Below are positions 24,826-33,588 of a stretch of DNA of 64,000 nucleotides, one piece after another. This DNA comes from Balanoglossus misakiensis (lineage: Eukaryota > Animalia > Hemichordata). The notes below the pieces were generated by a model. The model was not told where the DNA came from and did not search any database. It saw nothing but the letters and a program-made list of their open reading frames with translations. Each line of letters starts with the position of its first letter. Position 1 is the first letter of the stretch. The stretch spans positions 1,912,783 to 1,976,782 of the forward strand of contig CM082580.2 in NCBI GenBank assembly GCA_040954595.2, in the 5' to 3' direction. A program made the position numbers and the translations under genes.

Positions 24826-26477
24826 AGAAACAATGTAAATCATCTTTACTATCACCTGTAGAGACAGGTAATAGGCAAGATGATTACGATAGTGATGAAT
24901 CTGATTTCCGTCGACACGGGAATAAGACTCTGCATATTCCGAGTTCTGCATCCGTAGAAACGGATTCGGAAAACAGTAAAATGGGAGGGAAAAACACATC
25001 AGAAACAGAAAGCACAAAGGCGAACCAGGAGAAAATCGTGATATGTCACATCAGCTCTGGTTCGATGTATACTGTACCAATACAGTTGAATGGGTGTCTA
25101 ACTCACGCTATAGTCGACACAGCGGCTGAAGTGACTATAATATCGGATAGATTATACAACAGCTTCAATATTAAACCACGCATCATAAAGAAAGTATCCA
25201 TGCATACCGCAGGAAGACAATTGCAAATGCAAGCGTTTGTTGCTGGTCCAATAGAAATAAAATTGGGCAGCCAGTGTTTCCAAGAAAACCTATACGTTGC
25301 TCCCATTGGGAACGATATGTTGCTTATCCTAAAACCAAGTGGAGCCCAAGTTCTTTTTGACAAAGAGCAGCTTAGGATAGGCAAAAACGTAGTGAAAATG
25401 TCATACAAGGGGAATTCAAAGCAACCTTTGGTAGCCAAAATAACTGTCCCTGAGTCGATCGAAATTCCACCTTTCCATGTGGCCAGAATTTCTTGCAACA
25501 TGGATAAAAGGTTACCAGAGTATATCATTGAACCGGAACATGATCAAAGGGTAGTAATCCCAAGGATTTATCAGGAGGGTGCGGAACATCCAGTAGTTTG
25601 TCTGGTAAACCCATCACCTGGTAAAGTTACAATCGGTTCTGGGAAGATAATAGCCAGGGCAGTTTCGGCCACTTTGGTGTCTCCTGAAGTTCCTGATGAC
25701 ATCACACATGTGGGGCAAGTGACAGCCAATGTAAAAACGGGAGAAATGAATGTATTGCCCCAATATTTACAAAGCCTATTTCTGCGCTCCAGCACACATC
25801 TAAATGATCATGAAGCGGAGGAACTGCAGAAGTTATTATATGAATACCAAGATGTGTTTGCTGAAAACGATTACGACTTAGGCAATTTCACTGCTATTAA
25901 ACATAAGATCAGTACAGGAAATGAAAAGCCCATTAAGCAACGTTTGAGACGAACGCCGATACGTTTTGATCAAGAGGAGGAAACACATTTAAAGAAAATG
26001 CAAGAGGCTGGTGTTATTAAACCGTCGATATCGGACTGGGCATCAGCTCCTGTTTTAGTCAGAAAAAGGGATGGATCAGTACGATGGTGTGTGGATTATC
26101 GTGCTTTAAATAATATCACAGTTAAAGATGTATTTCCTCTCCCTTTGGTAGAAGAATGTATGGACACACTCGCTGAAACCACGCAAATGCGAACTCTTTC
26201 AGCGTAAAGTAGGGTTCTTGGGTAGAATTGTTCAACAAGGGGGGGATACAATTAGAAGATTCGTCTGTTGAAGCCGTAGAAAAATGGCCAATTCCACGAA
26301 GTACTAAAGACGTGGAGAAATTCTTAGGTTTAGCAAATTACCATCGTTCATTTATCAAAGGGTTTGCAGATATAGCAACACCATTATATCAAGTGAAATG
26401 AACAAAGGCGTTATTGCACTACGCGTAAAGAACTGCTGGCTATAGTACGTTTCACACGCCAATTTAGACATTACCTG
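24798..26477 (+). pseudogene. pol: pol 5' part: aspartic protease plus RT and RNase H remnants with internal deletions
   Basis: AIVDTAAEVTIIS (protease); SDWASAPVLVRKRDGSVRWCVDYRALN..FPLP (RT start) jumps out of frame to LKPRKCELFQRKVGFLG..FLGLANYHR (thumb), then to RRYCTTRKELLAIV; no YxDD and no RNase H DAS motif. Confidence 0.9.
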
Positions 26478-28595
26478 TTGGGTAATCACTTCACAGTGAG
26501 GACGGACCATAGCAGTTTACTATGGTTACTACGTTTCAAAGACCCACAGGGACAACTTGCTAGGTGGCTGGAAGAATTGAGTCAATACAATATGACCGTA
26601 GAACATCGCCCAGGGAAAAAACATTGTAACGCCGATGCGTTATCAAGGATACCCGTTGATATCGGGTGTCAGGAGTACAAACACAATATAGAACCAGGCG
26701 ACCTGCCCTGTGGAGGTTGCAAATACTGTAAGCGCGTCCACCGAAATTGGGCAAGATTTATCGATGACGTCGATGACGTTGTACCATTGGCGCAAGGCAC
26801 TGGCATTCAAAAAGAAATACAATGTGTTCATCCTACATCACCTGGTAATGGTGATCCAGGTGGAGACATTGATTACAGTTATGGTCTAGACTGGTTGTGG
26901 GATCCTGTGGTAAGGGAACATATACCAGCGGAAACTCATGAGAGAGAACAAGAAAGTGAAACTCACCATACAAATTTAGAGATTGTATCAAAGCCATGCC
27001 TTGAACAAAACTCCCACATGTATCCCAAAGTATATGTTATGACTCGAGCCGATTCCATAAGAGCGGAAGTCTCTAGTTATGGTAGCAATAACCTTATGGA
27101 GGCTCAATCAGACGACCGAGATCTTGATATTTTGTTATCTTGGTTACGCTCAAAGGAAACACCTTCCGAAGGGAAACTGTTTTTGGCTAGTCCAGCAGCA
27201 AAAAATTACTGGATTAACAGGGAACTATACCTCTTGGAAAATGGTGTTCTTTGGAGAGTGGGAGAGGATGACCAAAGAAAGCTGTTGGTAATCCCTAGAT
27301 CATTACAAGCTGAAATACTTGAAATGAAACATAATTTGCCATCGTCAGGTCATCAGGGTATAACGCGCACTAGAATACGGGTGATGAATAAGTATTATTG
27401 GTACGGAGTGTCACAGGATGTACGTCGATTCGTTACCTCTTGTGATATTTGTAGTCAAAATAAGAAACCCACCCGACACGCAAAGTGTACATTAACTAAC
27501 TACCATGCAAGCAGTCCCATGGAACGAGTGCACCTGGATTTCTTGGGGCCTCTGCCAAAGACAGACAAGGGAAACGAATACATCTTAGTCATGGTAGATC
27601 AGTTTACAAAGTGGGTAGAATGTGTACCGCTTCCATCACAAACTGCAGAAGTCACTGCGCAAGCGGCAGTGAACGAATTCTTTTCTCGTTCTGGCTACCC
27701 GTTTCAGATATTTACTGATCAGGGTAGAAACTTTGAGAGTAAATTGTTTACTGCTATTTGTGAGGTACTCAAAATACACAAAGCCAGGACTACACCGTAT
27801 CGACCCTCTGCTAATGGCCAAGTAGAACGTTACAATCGAACCCTAATGGATGCCGTTAGGTGTTTTATTGGCAATTCGCAAAATAAATGGGACAAATATC
27901 TGCACCAAATAGCAGGCGCATTGAGATCATCCGTAAATCGTCAAACTGGGTTCACACCCAATAGGTTGATGCTCGGACGGGAAGTAAATCATCCTGCAGA
28001 TCTAATGTTTGGCAATTTATCTAACAACAGATGTCAATCAGAGGACACTTACGTAGTAGAATTAGAAAATGCCATTAAATTTGCTCACGAAGTCGCTCGC
28101 GAAACTCTAAAAACGAGCCAGAAACGAATGAAACGTGACTACGATATTAAAGCGAATATTCATACATATCACGTGGGAGACTGTGTATATATATTGGATA
28201 CCGCTACAAAACCTGGAAAATGTAGGAAACTTTCAAAACCATGGAAGGGTCCAGGTGTAATAATAGAACAAAGAACACCATTCATATTCAGAGTTAAATT
28301 ACCCAGGATGATTATTACTGTGAACCATGATAGACTAACCTTGTGCAAACAAGAGAAACTACCATCATGGATAGTAAAGTACAAGTCTAATCTAGAGAAA
28401 AACAAAAACAGGACTAACTCATCTGATGGACAAACATCTGACAAATTGTATTGCATTTGTAGAAAGCCAGATGATGGCAAACTCATGATACAATGCAATT
28501 CTTGCTATGAGTGGTACCATGGTGTGTGCGTAGGGTTAACATCACAAAACGTCGCAGATATCGACAAATATACTTGCCCTATGTGTGCACTATAA
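26478..28595 (+). CDS. pol: pol 3' part: RNase H end, intact integrase (HHCC, DDE core, GPY/F-like motif) and C-terminal PHD finger
   Basis: VRTDHSSLLWL; H..SSGHQG...CDIC; VHLDFLGP, FTDQGRNFES, NGQVERYNRTL; WKGPG; LYCICRKPDDGKLMIQCNSCYEWYHGVCV...YTCPMC. Confidence 0.93.
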   Translation: MGNHFTVRTDHSSLLWLLRFKDPQGQLARWLEELSQYNMTVEHRPGKKHCNADALSRIPVDIGCQEYKHNIEPGDLPCGGCKYCKRVHRNWARFIDDVDDVVPLAQGTGIQKEIQCVHPTSPGNGDPGGDIDYSYGLDWLWDPVVREHIPAETHEREQESETHHTNLEIVSKPCLEQNSHMYPKVYVMTRADSIRAEVSSYGSNNLMEAQSDDRDLDILLSWLRSKETPSEGKLFLASPAAKNYWINRELYLLENGVLWRVGEDDQRKLLVIPRSLQAEILEMKHNLPSSGHQGITRTRIRVMNKYYWYGVSQDVRRFVTSCDICSQNKKPTRHAKCTLTNYHASSPMERVHLDFLGPLPKTDKGNEYILVMVDQFTKWVECVPLPSQTAEVTAQAAVNEFFSRSGYPFQIFTDQGRNFESKLFTAICEVLKIHKARTTPYRPSANGQVERYNRTLMDAVRCFIGNSQNKWDKYLHQIAGALRSSVNRQTGFTPNRLMLGREVNHPADLMFGNLSNNRCQSEDTYVVELENAIKFAHEVARETLKTSQKRMKRDYDIKANIHTYHVGDCVYILDTATKPGKCRKLSKPWKGPGVIIEQRTPFIFRVKLPRMIITVNHDRLTLCKQEKLPSWIVKYKSNLEKNKNRTNSSDGQTSDKLYCICRKPDDGKLMIQCNSCYEWYHGVCVGLTSQNVADIDKYTCPMCAL

Positions 28596-28803
28596 TCATG
28601 GAAAATATATGACAACATGCAATAACTCTGAATAATGTTATGCATGTGAATTAACAAAATATTTTCCATGTTTAATCTTTCAGACATCCTACCAACCCGT
28701 GGCCAACGGATCGGGCAGGACTTATCCCGAGGTATACGGGAACTGAAGAGAATAATTATTATTTTTACGTTATTATAAAGTTTTTTATTTACATTTAATT
28801 TAA

Positions 28804-31125
28804 ATGGCTGAAGAACGCCAGAAGAAAACCTCTAGTCTGCGTGATCCGGAACGGTGGCGACGTGTGGTGAACACCATCGAAGAAAAGATCGCCAGAAGAT
28901 ACCTGATTCCGGCCCGGGAATTAATGTCAGAGCTTGGTTTCTGCATGGGCCTGGAGTCAGGTATAATTCAAGATCTGGTCACCAGGCAGGACAAGATCGC
29001 CGTTCAAAGAGGAGACTGGGGGTGGGTAACGGAAGCTCACAAGTGTGAGTTTTGCTGCTCATTGGCCTGGATGCAGGAGAACATCCCTCACAAAAATCCA
29101 AGGATGAACCAACCAAAGGTGAAGCCAGTCTACCACCATGAGTTCAACGAACGAGGGATGGTCAGGGACTGCAGACTGAGCTACCGGACAGACCTAGTGA
29201 CAACTAGACAAAATGCGGCAACTGGAGAGGACGTTTTAATATCCGCATCCACTCCAGCGGACCAGGCCGAGATCCCGGTAGACAGTGACCGTCCTGACCA
29301 GGCACCGACAGTTGAGTCTAATGGGAATGGCGTTCACTCGGAACAATCTCGTGGACACGAGGAGACGAATGAACGCCCACCAGCTACAGCGACAACCTCA
29401 GCTTCATCCACCGACCAGGCCAGCCAGCGGTCAGTCCCACCTCCCGCCCCAACCAGGGGGAAACGTCGATTTCAGTCGACGGCAGACAAGAAGGGGAAGA
29501 AACGGGAAAACTTTAAAGTTATTTCTACCTTCTCCGTGGTATCCGGAGGGGAGTACGAAATCTCCAGAAAGGTTTCCCGAACAAACCAATCAACGGTGAA
29601 AGGGGGACAACCATCAATCCCGTCTATTCCAACCGACCCTGGCAGCAGAGCAGCCAACTCTGGTAAGAACCCGGACAGAAAGAAGAATCGCCAAAAGCTA
29701 TGCAAGTGCCCCGAACAGGACTGCTCCCTGACAACGTCAAAGCTAAAACACCACGTCCTGTACACTCACATCTCGCCCGCATTATGGGAGATGAAGTACC
29801 GCAATGAAGAACCGGACACAGAGAAAATGGGCATGGCTCTAGACCAGCTAGCTAAGTGGATCCTTGGCGCTGGAGCGACAAAGGAGATGCTATGGAGGTC
29901 CTTCGTGGACGACCATAGCGAAGTGGAGAGGATACCAGCCACCTCTGAGCTGTCCGACGAGTATCAAAGGCTGATGAGACACCTGTGCCTTTCAAATAGT
30001 TGGGAGATTCCGGAGAAGTTTTTGCTGAAGCCACCGAACTCTCCAGCGGTAATCATCCATTGGAGGATTATCTCCATTATGATCAGCAAAATATCACCGG
30101 AGCAACGGAAACAGTTCCGTGAGCTGTTTGATTCGTTCCGGGATGAACCGTCGACAGCGGTGAAGCCTGGGGGAGAATCAGCAGATAACGGAAATCCAGA
30201 ACGACCCGACGGGGAAGGCACTAGCAGACCACCAGAGAGCCATCAATCTACCACAACCCCAGTTTCTGCGGATGAGATGGAGACACAAGAAACCGAAGTG
30301 TTTCCCGAAGCTTGGGACTCACATTTCCACCTGGACCGTACAAGTCGATGCTTGTTTGGGAAAGGGTGGAAAGTGACTTCAGACGAGCTCCTAAGGGCAC
30401 CTGATCTACCAATGCCTAAACATCCGGTACACTCCATACATGGAATCGAAGTCTACAGTGAGCCCGATCAGTACCCATCCGACTTCGATAGGAACGAAAA
30501 CTGGAAAATCGCACTGGGGGTGCATCCAAAAGCCATCCACCGACAGACCGACGAGAAGTTCCAGAAACTTGGAGAGCTGATTTTGTCGCCCCGAGTGATC
30601 GCCCTCGGTGAAGTCGGTCTCGACAGGATGACCCCGTCGGTAAACTGGAAAAAACAAGAGGAGACCCTGGTGCGACTTCTGGGGTTGGGGATGCCAAGGA
30701 AGCCGATCATCTTACACATACGTGGTACCCACGCGGATAGATACTCCATCGATGTCAGTGGCTGCGCCATGAGAATCTTGCGGCAATGTTGTGCGCCCAC
30801 ACAACGGGTGCACCTCCATTGTTTCTCAGGCAACCGTTGGCTGGCACATCGTTGGATGAGGGAGTTCCCTAACATCTACTTCGGCTTCACTGGTCTGGTG
30901 GCAAAATTCGATAAGGAGCAGAGGCGGGCCCTACAGGAGATTCCGGGGAACAAAATACTTATTGAAACTGACTCTCCGTACTTCCCGCTGACCCAAGAAG
31001 TGGACGTCAACACTCCACGATACATCGGAGACGTGGCATCCGCAGTAGCAGAAGTGAGGGGAGTGTCCACCCGCGAACTTCTGGAGACTACCGTGGCCAA
31101 CACCAAGAATGTGTACCAGGTGTAA
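28804..31125 (+). CDS. tatD: Third ORF of the Gypsy element: low-complexity N-terminus, C2H2-like finger, helical region and C-terminal TatD-family metallo-nuclease
   Basis: 773 aa intact; TatD motifs in canonical order from about 30301: WDSHFHLD, LGVHPK, IALGEVGLD, PIILHIR, VHLHCFSG, FGFTG, ILIETDSPYF, NTP..I..VA..VAEVRGVS; also CPEQDC..x..HVLYTH. Confidence 0.92.
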   Translation: MAEERQKKTSSLRDPERWRRVVNTIEEKIARRYLIPARELMSELGFCMGLESGIIQDLVTRQDKIAVQRGDWGWVTEAHKCEFCCSLAWMQENIPHKNPRMNQPKVKPVYHHEFNERGMVRDCRLSYRTDLVTTRQNAATGEDVLISASTPADQAEIPVDSDRPDQAPTVESNGNGVHSEQSRGHEETNERPPATATTSASSTDQASQRSVPPPAPTRGKRRFQSTADKKGKKRENFKVISTFSVVSGGEYEISRKVSRTNQSTVKGGQPSIPSIPTDPGSRAANSGKNPDRKKNRQKLCKCPEQDCSLTTSKLKHHVLYTHISPALWEMKYRNEEPDTEKMGMALDQLAKWILGAGATKEMLWRSFVDDHSEVERIPATSELSDEYQRLMRHLCLSNSWEIPEKFLLKPPNSPAVIIHWRIISIMISKISPEQRKQFRELFDSFRDEPSTAVKPGGESADNGNPERPDGEGTSRPPESHQSTTTPVSADEMETQETEVFPEAWDSHFHLDRTSRCLFGKGWKVTSDELLRAPDLPMPKHPVHSIHGIEVYSEPDQYPSDFDRNENWKIALGVHPKAIHRQTDEKFQKLGELILSPRVIALGEVGLDRMTPSVNWKKQEETLVRLLGLGMPRKPIILHIRGTHADRYSIDVSGCAMRILRQCCAPTQRVHLHCFSGNRWLAHRWMREFPNIYFGFTGLVAKFDKEQRRALQEIPGNKILIETDSPYFPLTQEVDVNTPRYIGDVASAVAEVRGVSTRELLETTVANTKNVYQV

Positions 31126-31447
31126 AGCCCTGCTCCGTCCTAACCGTAGATACGGTGAAAACATTTCAGTTACTGAACAGTTTACTTTAAACAATTTATT
31201 TTCGAGGAATGTCTAATTCCGTCTACCCGGAGACAGACTTTCCTCACGGTGCAGTTTACTTTAAACAGTTTACTTTTAAGGAATGTCTAATTCCGTCTAC
31301 CCGGAGACAGACTTTCCTCGCTTATTTCACAGTGAACTATTATATCTCGTTACATCCCGTCGCTACGGGAAAGACTGGAGGACAGTATCCGACATTTGAC
31401 GCCCGATTACATATTATTTATTGGTGCCCTGGAAACAAGCCAAAAAC

Positions 31448-31461
31448 AGAACGGAGGAGAG
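31448..31461 (+). promoter_or_regulatory. Polypurine tract
   Basis: AGAACGGAGGAGAG immediately before the 3' LTR. Confidence 0.85.
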
Positions 31462-31749
31462 TGTTGTGGAACGAGGTTATTGCGTCATAGCGCCGATCAT
31501 ATCCCTCGACTCCCGAAGCATTCCGAAGTGTTACGAGGATGACGTTACATCCGGGATCCCTCGCTCTTCCGTCGGCTGCTTCACTTGCTATCCGAACCCC
31601 CAAACCGACCAGACGTGCATATACGTGCTCATCCGGCCGATCCACCTAACTACCACTAGTACCAGTCCAAGTGACTTCATAGCTACTTAGAGCTAGGTAG
31701 GTGTATCCTTACACTTAGCAACAGTATTAGTGTCAGTGTAAACACTACA
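31462..31749 (+). repeat. 3' LTR
   Basis: 288-bp match to 21611-21898, followed by the TSD CAGA. Confidence 0.97.
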
Positions 31750-32521
31750 CAGACTCTGTAGATCGACTGTTTGTTCTAAAATATCCATGGTTGCTTCCAA
31801 ACGCCGTCTCGTTATTTGCATATTCCGTTGTGATGCGAGAACACACAGGCCTGAGCGAATAAGTAAGTTTTCTGGCAGACTCTGTAGATCGACTGTTTGT
31901 TCTAAAATATCCATGGATGCTTCCAAACGCCGTCTCGTTATTTGCATATTCCGTTGTGATGCGAGAACACACAGGCCTGAGCGAATAAGAAAGTTTTTGG
32001 GTAGACTCTGTAGATCGACTGTTTGTTCTAAAATATCCATGGTTGCTTCCAAACTCCGTCTCGTTATTTGCATATTCCGTTGTGATGCGAATACACACAG
32101 GCCGGAGCGAATAAAAAAGTTTTTCGGTAGACTCTGTAGATCGACTGTTTGTTCTAAAATATCCATGGTTGCTTCCAAACTCGGTCTCGTTATTTGCATA
32201 TTCCGTTGTGATGCGTAGAACACACAGGCCTGAGTGCATAAGAAAGTTTTCCGGTAGACTCTGTAGATCGACTGTTTGTTCTAAAATATCCATGGTTGCT
32301 TCCAAACACTGTCTCGTTATTTGCATATTCCGTTGTGATGCGTAGAACACACAGGCCTGAGTGCATAAGAAAGTTTTCCGGTAGACTCTGTAGATCGACT
32401 GTTTGTTCTAAAATATCCATGGTTGCTTCCAAACTCTGTCTCGTTATTTGCATATTCGTTGTGATGCGTAGAACACACTGGCCCGAGTGATTAAGAAAGT
32501 TTTCCGGTAGACTCTGTAGAT
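31750..32521. repeat. 126-bp satellite array, right part (about 6 units)
   Basis: Period of 126-127 nt; same unit as 21297-21610. Confidence 0.93.
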
Positions 32522-33588
32522 TCGCTGAACACTGCGTCTCACGTGACTCAGTATCACACAGTCTTGGAGCAAGTCAGACTAGTCTAACGTCAACGCGAAC
32601 GTGGGTTCTACGCGTTCACGTAAAACGTGTATACTATAGCCGAACCTGTCTATTGTCACTGTAAAGTATAAAGTAATACCGTTACTCCACCAGGGCAATG
32701 GGGTGACTAATACCGTTACACGGCCAGACAAATGGGGTGATTAATACCGTTACTCAAGAAAGGCAATGGGGTGAGGCTCCTCACACCTCAATAATAAATT
32801 TCTTAAAGAAATTTATAATTTCTTAAAGAAATTCATAATTAAAGTGTATACATTTGTTATATTGTTGCAATAAAGGATTCTATGACTAAATTAAAATGAC
32901 AAGTCAGTACAATAGTTGGTAGGATTGGTAAAACAAGAAAAGTGTAGGGGGTGGGTGTGGGAGGGGGTGTCCCCTCCCTCATAAGAAAATCTTGTAAAAT
33001 ACAGTACTATACCCAAAGTTGCATTTTTAGCAAATTAAGTCAATGTTGGGGAGGACAAACTTTACTTTTGCCACTCCACTCAAAGTAAGCATCGGTGGGG
33101 TGGGGTGGCAAGTACTCTGCCCTGGTACACTAGACAAACCAGCCAATAAATTAAATGTGGCAAAGAATGGAGGGGGTGGGTGTCCCCCTCCCACATTGGA
33201 AAATTTTGTAAAATAAAGGGCGAGAAACTGCAATTTTGTGGACTCGGTGGCAAAAGTATATGACCCCCCTAAACGTTTAAAAAAAGGTGCCCTCCCCCCT
33301 TTTTGGAATTCAAAATTAAAGTGACCCCCTTGGATTTTGCCAACCACCCCCCAGTCGTAAAAAAATGAACGGTCCCTAATACCGTTACTCAAGCAAGGGA
33401 ATGGGGTGCATGATTAATACCGTTACACAGCCAGGGCATTATCTGCCATAACTCTAAGGGAGCCGTCATTATTTATGGCCGGGGGGGGGGGGGTCGGAAG
33501 AATCAAGGGGGGGAGGTTTTCTCAAAAATTGGAAGGCTGCAGGGGGGGGGTTCTCAAAAATTGTAGATGAAGAGGGGGGGGTCACTCA

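Larger units (their letters stand above)
21611..31749 (+). mobile_element. Ty3/Gypsy LTR retrotransposon with both LTRs, internally deleted pol and an extra TatD ORF
   Basis: Two 288-bp TG..CA LTRs, 4-bp TSD CAGA (21607-10, 31750-53), PBS, PPT, and domain order gag-PR-RT-RH-IN. Confidence 0.97.

Noticed and set aside
28804-31125. ORF3 as env, or as bacterial contamination
   Set aside because: No signal peptide, furin site or transmembrane anchor is evident; it lies inside paired LTRs with a TSD and continuous animal-type flanks.
21297-32521. 126-bp array as a CRISPR-like array
   Set aside because: Whole units repeat with no unique spacers, there are no cas genes, and the context is eukaryotic.
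32676-33440. 33-bp minisatellite interrupted by a G/C-run MITE fragment
   Set aside because: Only one TIR-like end (about 33354-33376) was found, so the boundaries cannot be supported.
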